This document shows, piece by piece, positions 48,440 to 57,084 of a stretch of DNA of 64,000 bases. Numbering within the stretch: position 1 is the first letter of the stretch; each line of letters opens with the position of its first letter. The translations under genes were made by a program, and so were the position numbers. Source of the stretch: Minisyncoccota bacterium (GTDB lineage Bacteria; Patescibacteriota; Minisyncoccia; Phycocordibacterales; UBA2100); the NCBI GenBank assembly GCA_031291875.1, contig JARLIE010000183.1:65356-129355 (forward strand), in the 5' to 3' direction. Under the pieces are notes generated by a model. It ran no database searches, was not told where the DNA came from, and saw only the letters and a list, made by a program, of their open reading frames with translations.

Positions 48440-49075
48440 CTACTGCTGTCCGTACCCACCTCCCGTGCTCGGCAAGGCGGGAGTGCTTGGCGTCGTCGGT
48501 GTAATGACGACAGAACCAGCTAAAACGTTCACCGCACATGTTGCAGTGAGTCCTCCGCTTGTGACAGTCAGTGTCTTGAGGCCAGTTGAGGCGTAGTTGG
48601 CACTAAAACCAGAACCGTTCGGATTTGTAATGTTCAGATCCGGAGCGGACCACGTGTAAGTCCCATTGCCTCCCGACGCGGAGACCGTGGCTGTTTGGCC
48701 GACAGTAAGATTCTGCGCGGCCGGCGAACAATACAGGTTGCCCGTAGAGACTGTCCCTACGACGCTAACGTTACATACCGCACTGGAGCCTGCACTCGAT
48801 ACGGTGATCGGGTAGGTGCCAGCGGTAGGATAACTAACCGCGAATTTGCTGCCTGCTGAATTCGTGACATTCAGATTCGGACCGGACCACGAATAGGTCC
48901 CGTTGCCGCCTGTTGCCGTTAGGATATTGACTTGATTTACGTTCACTGAAGAAGACGCCATGCTACAAGTGACGGGTACGGTCGTCTGTGCGAAGCTGAT
49001 CGCACCGATGCTCAACCCGACGACGGCGAGTGCTGTCACCGCGGAAAGAGCGAAATATTTTTTATTTGTTTCCAT
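48440..49075 (-). CDS. Secreted tandem Ig-like-repeat protein ending in LPSTG at its extreme C-terminus (putative sortase substrate)
   Basis: Signal peptide; repeated TYSWSGPNLNVTN / TYTWSAPDLNITN units; C-terminus ...TPSTPALPSTGGGYGQQ* with no hydrophobic tail; immediately upstream of the sortase gene. Confidence 0.55.
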   Translation of the reverse strand: METNKKYFALSAVTALAVVGLSIGAISFAQTTVPVTCSMASSSVNVNQVNILTATGGNGTYSWSGPNLNVTNSAGSKFAVSYPTAGTYPITVSSAGSSAVCNVSVVGTVSTGNLYCSPAAQNLTVGQTATVSASGGNGTYTWSAPDLNITNPNGSGFSANYASTGLKTLTVTSGGLTATCAVNVLAGSVVITPTTPSTPALPSTGGGYGQQ

Positions 49076-49456
49076 AGAGTTATTTTTAATCCTTATATAA
49101 TCCGACCTTTCGCCGAACGCCTTTCGTTTTGTTCACAACAGAGACGTATTCAGCTAGTCTCCATGTTTGCACATATGACATGTAGGCTTCATGAATTATT
49201 AAAGTTGCCGATGGTCCACCGATCACCCTTACTGATCGAGCAGTTCGGTTTGAATCCCTCACCCAATCGCAAATAAACTATTGACATACATCATTATTTG
49301 TTATAAAGCTATTTCAGCTAGGTACATTGATTTTTCAAGGTTCAAACGTGAGACGAGTGCTTTGCCGATCTCTGCGGAGGTCTTCAAAATACTCGTCTCA
49401 TCAGAGACTTGTCGCCGTCCGACGACTCGGACAATAACCACAAGTGGAGGTATGCG

Positions 49457-50221
49457 ATGGATACCATCGTGAGCCGTACCCTGTCGGTGCATAAGGAACA
49501 CGAAGTCCTGCTCAAGCTCGAAGCGGCCGGTTTGTGCGACGAACTCGCGCAGAAGGTCATCGACTCGAAGGACAACGCGTTGGCGCAGAAGGTCATTCGC
49601 CTGATCGAGAACGGCGGCTTCGAACCTTCGACAAGCCAGAAGCGCGCCCGCGAGATCATGGGCGGCAACATGTTCGGCGTCGAGGAAGCGATCAAGCACT
49701 TCGCGGTCAACCCGTCGAAACAGCAGCTCGCCTACTTGGCCGAAATTCCGTTCGCGGAATCCGTGCTCGAAACGTGCAAGGATACGCACGTGCTCGTCGC
49801 CGTCTTCCCGATGTCGATCCTCGGCATCCGCGGTGCCTGCAAGGATCAGCGCCTGTTCTACGATCAGGACTGGTACAACAAGCAGGCGTTCGCAAAGGAG
49901 CGCGGCGAAGTCGGTTGGCATCTCGTCCGGAAAACCCCCGTCGAAGATTCGACCTCGAAGACGTGGGACGAGCAGCAGCAACTGCTCGGCAAGGACGACG
50001 AGACGCCGAACGCCCGTGTCGTGATCTACACGATGATCGGGCACTTCAAGGCGACCGACGAACGGCTGTTCGAGAAGATCTGGATGCGTTGCTCGGATCT
50101 CGACTCGGACGGCGGCCGTGTCTACGTCGGCTTCTTCGGTGCCGGAGGGCTCTACGTCAGCTACGACTGGGACAGCTACTGCAATTCCTACTTGGGCGTT
50201 GCTTCTGCCCGGAAGTCCTGA
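49457..50221 (+). CDS. Hypothetical protein (254 aa) with markedly higher GC3 than its neighbours
   Basis: RBS GGAGG 6 nt upstream; AAG/TCG/GCG-dominated codons. The overlapping R-rich frames (49301-50044 minus, 49534-50253 plus) look like artefacts of the high GC. Confidence 0.5.
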   Translation: MDTIVSRTLSVHKEHEVLLKLEAAGLCDELAQKVIDSKDNALAQKVIRLIENGGFEPSTSQKRAREIMGGNMFGVEEAIKHFAVNPSKQQLAYLAEIPFAESVLETCKDTHVLVAVFPMSILGIRGACKDQRLFYDQDWYNKQAFAKERGEVGWHLVRKTPVEDSTSKTWDEQQQLLGKDDETPNARVVIYTMIGHFKATDERLFEKIWMRCSDLDSDGGRVYVGFFGAGGLYVSYDWDSYCNSYLGVASARKS

Positions 50222-50610
50222 ACCTTGAATCTTTGAGGGCTTGCCCCTCTTGATTCCTTGAGCCCTTGCCCGAAAAATTTTTCAGCGCAGGGGCTCTTTG
50301 TTTTTACATGATAAAGTAATCGAATCCTGCTAATGCAGACTAGATCACGGTTCAGTCTCGCGGGGTGTCTCACCTTTGAGACTCGCCAGAATGTCGCTGC
50401 CTATAAATCGCGACAGCGTGCTAATGAGGAGGAAATGTAACTTCTTCTTCCTGGCTCTGAAAATGCACTTGGGCACTATCTCAACGTTTCGAATTTTCTA
50501 GACCAATCAACATAAGGATATTTTAGCCTATTTGGCTGGTTGTCGGTGAGGTCTCAACATAGCGGTACGTTTTCAGAAAATGAGACACCACTCTTGCCTC
50601 TTGCCGAACG

Positions 50611-51489
50611 TTACACCTTAAGACCTTCCCGTCGCTGCTCCTCCAGATCGTTCTTTACTGTTTCCACGGATATCTCGTCTGTGCGCGTGAACGTCAGATA
50701 GATCACGAGCGCCAGGATCGCGCCAAGGAAAATAAAGCTCGTTACTGTCGTACCGAGTCCGAGACCGCCGTCCGGTTGCGCTTGCGAAAGATAGTCCCCG
50801 ATCGAAGCGCCGAGAGGTCGTGTCGTGATGTATGCGAGCCAGAACGCAAGCACGGCGTTGGAAGAGGTATGCCGATGTTCCATGCCCAGAACGGCTTTGG
50901 CGATATAGTGGCCGGCCGTAATGACGGCAATGATACCTGCAAAAATGAGCAGTGCCGTTAGATAGCCGAGATTGAATTTCTCCGCAGCGAGGTCGCCCGC
51001 TGCCGTTCCAAGCGCGAACGTGAAGAGAATAGTGAGCCAGTAGAATGCCTCGCGGCGTCTGGTGAAGATAGAGTGGATCGAGAGCGTTTTCTCGAACGCG
51101 AACCAGACTGCAAAGGTTATCGCGAGCAGGATCGCGAATACCGCAGTGGTGGTTTCGAGCGGCACGCCGAGATTATCGCTCAAGTTGTCGGTGATAAGAG
51201 TACCGACGACGCTGATGAGGACAACTGTAAGCCAATAGAGTCCTGGAGTATATCTTTTTACCTTGAATTGAAAAAAGAGTACTACGAGGAATACGGCGCT
51301 CATGACCAGCGATGTGTACGTCAGCCCGAAGCCGAGGGTTTCATTGAGATAGTCGGCCGCAGTCTCGCCCACCGTGGTGCATAGTACCTTGATGATCCAG
51401 AAGTAGATCGTTACCTCTGGAACTTTATTGAGCAGTTGCTGCCATTTGGAGAATTCAGGAAACGCGACTGTGTCGCTTTGTGCATGCAT
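50611..51489 (-). CDS. Polytopic membrane protein with internal duplication, hypothetical
   Basis: Two homologous halves (..YFWIIKVLCTTVGETAADYL.. and ..FYWLTILFTFALGTAAGDLAAE..), about 8 TM. Confidence 0.5.
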   Translation of the reverse strand: MHAQSDTVAFPEFSKWQQLLNKVPEVTIYFWIIKVLCTTVGETAADYLNETLGFGLTYTSLVMSAVFLVVLFFQFKVKRYTPGLYWLTVVLISVVGTLITDNLSDNLGVPLETTTAVFAILLAITFAVWFAFEKTLSIHSIFTRRREAFYWLTILFTFALGTAAGDLAAEKFNLGYLTALLIFAGIIAVITAGHYIAKAVLGMEHRHTSSNAVLAFWLAYITTRPLGASIGDYLSQAQPDGGLGLGTTVTSFIFLGAILALVIYLTFTRTDEISVETVKNDLEEQRREGLKV

Positions 51490-51565
51490 GATAGATGTAG
51501 TATAGGGAATTTTATGCTAACGCGAAAGCACGCCGATTATGATCGGCGTGCTTTGCGCTATGGAT

Positions 51566-51895
51566 CTAATTACTTACCTCTCCCGTGTCGGGGCCAGTGT
51601 AATCTGGACCGCTCTCCGCTTCTTGCGGTTGAGATGAGGTCGCTGCTACTTTTGAGTCGTCAGCTTGCTCACCATCGAGCTGCTGCGGGTCTTGGGTGCT
51701 GGTTTGCACCGTCACACCCACTCCGTCCGCAGTTTCTCCATCGAGACTGTTCGTATCCTGTGCGGTCGTCTGGACCTGCGAGGATGTGCTTAGGTTCGAA
51801 GCAATGCTCGCTGCATGAACGACATACCCTGCGGCTCCGATAACACCGACGACAAAAGCGGCGAATATCGGCAGATATTTTTTAGTAGAGAACAT
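51566..51895 (-). CDS. Small secreted acidic S/T/Q-rich protein
   Basis: Signal/TM MFSTKKYLPIFAAFVVGVIGAAGYVVHA; low complexity. Confidence 0.35.
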   Translation of the reverse strand: MFSTKKYLPIFAAFVVGVIGAAGYVVHAASIASNLSTSSQVQTTAQDTNSLDGETADGVGVTVQTSTQDPQQLDGEQADDSKVAATSSQPQEAESGPDYTGPDTGEVSN

Positions 51896-51964
51896 TGAAG
51901 TGAATTTAACGCTTGTAATAGGCCTTCATTAGGACTACGCGCTTCACCTCCAATTCCTTACAAT

Positions 51965-52438
51965 TCAGTTCGGGCCATCTTGTGAACTTGCCCGGCCTGT
52001 AAGCACCTGGTACACACTCTGACCAAAGTCGATGGCGTTGAGGGCCACACCCAAGCCGATACTAAGGACGATGACTACCGATACTACCCATGCCGTCGCG
52101 TATCGGTACCCATGTCGCGTGCGTCGAAAACTGTAGTACGCGATGATGCTGAAGAATATGAGGAACCCGAGCCAGATAAATGGAATGCTTTGCGCGATAT
52201 CCTCGATCGAAGAGCCTTCCAATTTCGCAATACCATCGTTGTCGAAAAATACGAATTCAGCTATAGAGAACGCGACGCTTCCGATCGCAACCGAGGCGAT
52301 GGCAAGGAACCACACCATGCCGCGGCCAAGGAGAAACTGCCAGCGCGGTTTTGGCACTGCACCCCTCGCCTCGATTTCTTTCACGATCTCCTCTGGAAAT
52401 GTATTGTTGGATTCCATACTATTGATTTGACTCATCAT
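51965..52438 (-). CDS. Membrane protein downstream of the ECF sigma factor (putative anti-sigma factor)
   Basis: Overlaps the 3-prime end of the sigma gene; short cytoplasmic N-terminus then TM helices. Called from operon position only. Confidence 0.4.
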   Translation of the reverse strand: MMSQINSMESNNTFPEEIVKEIEARGAVPKPRWQFLLGRGMVWFLAIASVAIGSVAFSIAEFVFFDNDGIAKLEGSSIEDIAQSIPFIWLGFLIFFSIIAYYSFRRTRHGYRYATAWVVSVVIVLSIGLGVALNAIDFGQSVYQVLTGRASSQDGPN

Positions 52439-52997
52439 ACCTCTTGAGCGCTTCTTTCAACTTTGCCTTGGCGCGATTGATATACGCAGCTACCGTGCCC
52501 TCCGGTAGTTCTAAAATATCTGAGATTTCAGCGTAGCTCTTATCTTCAAAATAGCGTAAGAGAACGATGTCGCGATATTTCAGATCAAGCGACTCCACGG
52601 CGGCGCGTACGGCTGCGTGGGCACTGGTTTTGTTCGCCTCGTGCTCGATGTTGAGATCATCCGCGACCCGCTCGAACATCTCCTCGTCTGCGCTTTCCAG
52701 GACGCGGGGACGATTCTTTTGGCGGCGATAATGCGAGAACGTCTCATTGCGTGCGATGCGATACAACCAGGCACTGAATGGCAAGCTCTGGTCGTAATCG
52801 TTCAGATTGATATAGGCCTTGATGAAAGACTCCTGCAAGATATCTTTCGCATTTTCTGGATCAAGCATACCAAGGCGCATAACGTACCTTCGCAAACGTT
52901 GCTCGTAACGAGACACCAAGAGGGCAAACGAATGACGATCGGCAAGCGACGCTCGAACGAGATCCTGATCAGATGAGTCTTGATCATGTTCCACCAT
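52419..52997 (-). CDS. ECF-family RNA polymerase sigma factor
   Basis: Region 2 ..ESFIKAYINLNDY...FSAWLYRIARNETFSHYRR and region 4 ..YFEDKSYAEISDILELPEGTVAAYINRAKAKLK. Confidence 0.85.
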   Translation of the reverse strand: MVEHDQDSSDQDLVRASLADRHSFALLVSRYEQRLRRYVMRLGMLDPENAKDILQESFIKAYINLNDYDQSLPFSAWLYRIARNETFSHYRRQKNRPRVLESADEEMFERVADDLNIEHEANKTSAHAAVRAAVESLDLKYRDIVLLRYFEDKSYAEISDILELPEGTVAAYINRAKAKLKEALKRYDESNQ

Positions 52998-53231
52998 AGC
53001 TAAACCCTATCACGCTTACGCGTGCAGGCGATCGATATCGATGCGAGTTGCCACGAGATACCAAACGAGACCCGGAATGGAGTGATCGCATGTTGAGCGA
53101 AATCAGTAAAAAACGACTTCCGACAATAACTTAGTACGTTCCCGGACCCGCACGCGACTACAGTTTGTTATTAAAGGTATCCATTTAGCTATATGTTTCC
53201 AACCACAGTAGGCCCTCAAAATAAGGCTCGA

Positions 53232-53310
53232 CATACGGACGATAACAAGTACTACCTGCGGGCCGCCCGCAATTAGTACCCAGGGGTCCCAGCCCCACAA
53301 GGGTTTTTTG
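53232..53310 (+). repeat. Dispersed repeat family member R1 (divergent core CATACGGACGATAACAAGT, then GCGGGCCGCCCGC..CCCACAAGGGTTTTTT)
   Basis: Homologous to R2 at 53822; ends in a small hairpin plus T6. Confidence 0.4.
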
Positions 53311-53393
53311 GCGACTCCGGCGTCAGTGCGGCGAGGCGTCCGCAGCAACGGTCATTTTTCTGAAAAGTAGACAACTCGTGGGCAGTGCCTAAC

Positions 53394-53422
53394 TTGACAT
53401 GCTTACATATAAGGTATATAAT
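53394..53422 (+). promoter_or_regulatory. Consensus sigma70 promoter (TTGACA-17-TATAAT)
   Basis: ttgacatgcttacatataaggtatataat is about 45 nt upstream of the GTG start at 53471, with RBS AAGGAG. Confidence 0.55.
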
Positions 53423-53470
53423 ATATTTTAGCTACATACAGCCATCTTTTCTCGAACCAAGGAGCGTCAC

Positions 53471-53725
53471 GTGACGGATTTCCTCTTGAGCTTCAGACTC
53501 ATAATCGGAAGCGGGCCATCTGCAATTTCTTTGCCATATGTTGCCATCTTGATGATCTTGGTGGGACTGTGGGGTATCTTCTTCGCCCTAAGCGGCGGCC
53601 TGAAGAGAGCCAAGAAAAGCGAGCCTCGAATGGTGTGTTTCAATCTCGCATACGTGGTGGTGGGGTGCATGCTTTGCGTCAGCTTGCTTTGCCTCACTCC
53701 TGTTGCACACATAGTTCGCTACTAG
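53471..53725 (+). CDS. Small 2-TM membrane protein, hypothetical (GTG start)
   Basis: 84 aa with two hydrophobic helices, driven by the consensus promoter. Confidence 0.35.
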   Translation: MTDFLLSFRLIIGSGPSAISLPYVAILMILVGLWGIFFALSGGLKRAKKSEPRMVCFNLAYVVVGCMLCVSLLCLTPVAHIVRY

Positions 53726-53821
53726 TCGCTCATGCGGAAGTCTCTCGCAAGAGCGACTTTCGTTTTGTGTTTCGAATATCCATTTGAACCATGCGAGATG
53801 TCTCGGACGGCAATGCATCGG

Positions 53822-53900
53822 CATACGTCCGATACTAAATATTCAGGGCGGGCCGTACGCAGTTAGTATCCTCTGCTCCTAGCCCCATAAGGATATTTTA
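53822..53900 (+). repeat. Dispersed repeat family member R2 (core CATACGTCCGATACTAAAT + GGGCGGGCCGTACGCAGTTAGTA..CCCCATAAGG)
   Basis: The 19-nt core is shared with R3 and R4; the downstream ~60 nt is homologous to R1. Confidence 0.4.
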
Positions 53901-54038
53901 TGGTCTTTTCCGAAGCTTTGCCGAGCCCTTGACAGCAAAGTTTATTTTTTTGTGTAATTTGACAATTACATGAGAACCTGTTACTTTGCTAGCTAGTTTC
54001 AACGTACTACGTACTAAACAGATAGGAAGGAAAATCCG

Positions 54039-54386
54039 ATGGACTTGAAGCAGCACCTAGCCATCCTCACTTTGGACGGTGAACTTGCGGATATTGGGCT
54101 GAAGGGTCCGCAATCCTGCATCATCTATTCTAAACATCCGATCACGGCGGAAGTCCTCCAGATTGTCCAGATGGATATTCTCGAGTGTTTCGTGAATGGG
54201 CCGCCGGCTGTGCTTGAGGAGAGAAAGAAGCAGCCGTTCAAGGCTCTTCAAGACGTCCTGGCTCAATCGGGGTATCAGGTCCTGGACGCCGGCAACATCG
54301 CCGTCGAAAACGGAGGAAAGCGTATCTGGGTTCAAGAACCCGGACACGAATACCATTCGAACATTCTCAATCGGATTGTGCTCTAG
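54039..54386 (+). CDS. Hypothetical protein (115 aa)
   Basis: No recognisable motifs. Confidence 0.35.
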   Translation: MDLKQHLAILTLDGELADIGLKGPQSCIIYSKHPITAEVLQIVQMDILECFVNGPPAVLEERKKQPFKALQDVLAQSGYQVLDAGNIAVENGGKRIWVQEPGHEYHSNILNRIVL

Positions 54387-54470
54387 CATTTAAACATGCC
54401 AACCCACGTGTCCAATCTTTTAACCCGTCTGGTCTTCGGACCTCTGACGGGTTTCTTTTTTACCCGTCAA

Positions 54471-54535
54471 CATACCTCCGATACTAAATGCTTATGGCGG
54501 GGTCTAAGGGATTCTCACCCGTCAACAGCGCCTCG
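54471..54535 (+). repeat. Dispersed repeat family member R3 (core CATACCTCCGATACTAAAT + GGCGGGG)
   Basis: Core identical to R4; the partner TCGGAGG lies downstream. Confidence 0.4.
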
Positions 54536-54598
54536 GAGGCCTTGGCTTAAAATCTCACTTTCTCATGGGCTAGTCCAGTTCGAATCCCGGAGGGTCAA

Positions 54599-54982
54599 CT
54601 ACTTTTTACGTAGGTGCAGAGCAGATAATTTACCACCAAGCCAAGCACTTGGTAGCGCAAGTGTCGCGACAGACAATCCGTACCAGTGTGGGCCTACGTT
54701 CATGTCCCATGTTGCAGCTGATCCAAGGATGCCTAAAATTAAACCGAGCAAGCCGAGTACCAATACGTGTCTCATAGGATGGTTAGGTGCCAACCTGGCG
54801 GTTATATAACATCCAATCACAACGTAAACACTGCGATAGAAAATGATTCCAAGAATAAATAAGGGCGCAGTATACTGCAGCGAATGGAGGCCCAATATAT
54901 AATCAGTGCCATAAGATAAGATTCCTCCCACAACAAACCCTGCAAGGCCAGCCCAAATGCTTTTTAGGATGTTTCTGTTCAT
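54599..54982 (-). CDS. 4-TM membrane protein, hypothetical
   Basis: 127 aa, hydrophobic. Confidence 0.4.
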   Translation of the reverse strand: MNRNILKSIWAGLAGFVVGGILSYGTDYILGLHSLQYTAPLFILGIIFYRSVYVVIGCYITARLAPNHPMRHVLVLGLLGLILGILGSAATWDMNVGPHWYGLSVATLALPSAWLGGKLSALHLRKK

Positions 54983-54987
54983 AATTT

Positions 54988-55464
54988 TTAGGCTAAAACT
55001 TTTCCAAGTTTATCTAATTGCTGATTCCATCCCGGCTTCATGCCTTGGAGCATAAACTCGGTCCCAGGCGCATCTCCTGTAGCGCTAGCGATCACAGTGA
55101 GTTTCGTTTTGCCTCCTTCATCCTCGAAGGTAACGGTGGTCTTGCCTGAAAGCAGTACATTACCCGTTTCATCAAGTGCATCGCTAGAAAATACGAGCTT
55201 TTCGAGCTCGACGATTTCTTTAAAGACTCCTTTCATCGGCCACTTTTGTCCGGCGAGCGGCCCCATCTCTTTGCCCGCAAGCATGACGATGTAGAGAGCA
55301 CCTCCCACGCGCAGATCAACTTCGCTGATCGGAATGGTTACGCCGCTTGGCCCCCACCACTGCGCTAGCTCTTTCGCATCGGTCCATGCCTTCCATACGC
55401 GCTCACGCGAAGCGTCGAAAGTCCGCGCTATCATAATTTCTTTTTTCATACGATTATTTATCAT
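54988..55464 (-). CDS. SRPBCC-superfamily (AHSA1/START-like) protein
   Basis: MIARTFDASRERVWKAWTDAKELAQWWGP is typical of the AHSA1-like subgroup; paired with an ArsR regulator as is common. Confidence 0.7.
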   Translation of the reverse strand: MINNRMKKEIMIARTFDASRERVWKAWTDAKELAQWWGPSGVTIPISEVDLRVGGALYIVMLAGKEMGPLAGQKWPMKGVFKEIVELEKLVFSSDALDETGNVLLSGKTTVTFEDEGGKTKLTVIASATGDAPGTEFMLQGMKPGWNQQLDKLGKVLA

Positions 55465-55780
55465 TTTTTAAAAACATCTCTAATCTGTCCAATTTCTCCT
55501 CCCACAGCTTTCGATACTGCTCCAAGTATTTATCAGCCTGTTGCAGACCCGTTGGCGAGAGCTCGACCCGCTGCTCTCGGCCACTCTTACGCTTGTGCAC
55601 TAGCTTGGCACGCTCGAGCACTTGGAGATGTTTTGAAACGGCGGCAAAGGTCAAATCATAATGATCAGCCAATTCACTGACCGTCTGCACACCAGGGGCC
55701 AATCGACGCAATATGTCGCGTCTCGTTGGATTGGCGAGGGATAAGAAGATACCGTCAAGCGTGGATTTATATTCAACCAT
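55454..55780 (-). CDS. ArsR/SmtB-family transcriptional regulator
   Basis: LANPTRRDILRRLAPGVQTVSELADHYDLTFAAVSKHLQVLERAKLV winged-HTH. Confidence 0.8.
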   Translation of the reverse strand: MVEYKSTLDGIFLSLANPTRRDILRRLAPGVQTVSELADHYDLTFAAVSKHLQVLERAKLVHKRKSGREQRVELSPTGLQQADKYLEQYRKLWEEKLDRLEMFLKNDK

Positions 55781-55869
55781 TTAGTTGAATACTATACGCG
55801 TAGGTGTGACGTGTCAACGTCTCACCCTTATAGACCGTCCGCAACTCATCGGAGGGGTCTAGCCCTCGG

Positions 55870-55900
55870 CATACCTCCGATACTAAATACTTTGGGCGGA
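55870..55900 (+). repeat. Dispersed repeat family member R4 (core CATACCTCCGATACTAAAT + GGGCGGAG)
   Basis: Preceded by the complementary TCGGAGG about 20 nt upstream, forming a hairpin that covaries with R2 (TCGGACG/CGTCCGA). Confidence 0.4.
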
Positions 55901-56045
55901 GAGTAGTAGACGAAGTTAGAACTTTTTGGTCAGCTTCTTCTAACCACTTTTACCTTCCAAATCTAACCTCTAGTGCGGCTCAAATCAACTAAAGAGCCCG
56001 TCTCACTCGGAGACGGGCTAGATGCGTTCAAGGTTATTTGCTGCT

Positions 56046-56300
56046 TTAGGCGGCAGCAACTTGGAGCGCACGGAACGCTTCGGAGCCACGCTCGGCTTCA
56101 ATAATGGTAACCGCAGTGTTCTTTTGCAGCCGACCATCTTCCGCTGCACTCATCAGAGCAATCCTGCCTTTCGTTTCGCCATTGATGACGGCGAACTTAT
56201 GTCCTGAGACGGGTTCATCCAGCGTCACGACACCAAACCGCCCACATCTGCTGACAGATGAAATCTTGCCGTGCAAAGGGGTAGCCAAATCGTTAGTCAT
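56046..56300 (-). CDS. Hypothetical small protein (84 aa)
   Basis: MTNDLATPLHGKISSVSRCGRFGVVTLDEPVSGHKFAVINGETKGRIALMS...; no family recognised. Confidence 0.3.
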   Translation of the reverse strand: MTNDLATPLHGKISSVSRCGRFGVVTLDEPVSGHKFAVINGETKGRIALMSAAEDGRLQKNTAVTIIEAERGSEAFRALQVAAA

Positions 56301-56545
56301 CTCACACTCCTCGTGTTTGAGCCCAAGGTCGTACTAACGAAAAACTACCACTTTGGTCACAAAACTACAATCGGTTAGAACTTCTTGCTTGAATGTATAA
56401 AAATCTATGCAGCTCTTGCTAAAAGAAGTAACGAAAACAATAAACCCTATAAAATGCCATCCAAGCTATTACTCCTGTTAGAACTTCCGAAACTGGCTCA
56501 ACCGAAGGACAAACGGTTACTTTCGCAGACGAAAATCTACTTGAG

Positions 56546-56630
56546 CGGAGGGTGAGGGATTCGAACCCTCGGTACCTTGCGGTACACACGCTTTCCAAGC
56601 GTGCGCACTAGACCACTATGCGAACCCTCC
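56546..56630 (-). tRNA. tRNA-Ser (anticodon GGA), class II
   Basis: Reverse complement ggagggttcgcatagtggtctagtgcgcacgcttGGAaagcgtg + variable arm tgtaccgcaaggtaccg + agggttcgaatccct + caccctcc. Confidence 0.8.
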
Positions 56631-57084
56631 TCGTTCGCGGGCTAGTATACGCCAGGAACGCCTGTATAAAAAGTACGACCGCCTTAGAAAGGCGGTCGTG
56701 TCGTGAAGATCAGCACCCTGCATACCAACCTTCGGGAAATGGAATAAGTGGCCACGCGGAATCGTTGTCGTTCGCGTAGGACTGTTTGGTGGCGAAGTTT
56801 GGAAAGTCGGTCTCTGGGACTTCTTTCCGCTCGTCGTCTTGCTTTGGGCCCTCGGAATCATTCACGATTTCCATGGACGTCGGAAGAACGTGGTGTCGTC
56901 CTTCCTCTCCCACACCGGTCTCTCAGCGGGCGCTCCGGTCGTCGCGGCCGCTTCGTCCTGCCTCTCTTGATGGTCCGTTTGTACGAATTTCGGCTTATCG
57001 GAATTCAGGGCAATAATTCGATCTCCTCGGCAACATCCGGGCATGTGCTTCCTCCTTTTGTTGGCTCCGAGTGGCATTATGCCA

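Noticed and set aside
49301-50253. 247-aa minus ORF and 239-aa plus ORF overlapping the high-GC3 gene
   Set aside because: Both are arginine-rich out-of-frame shadows produced by the extreme GC3 of the real frame (49457-50221), which alone has an RBS and balanced composition.
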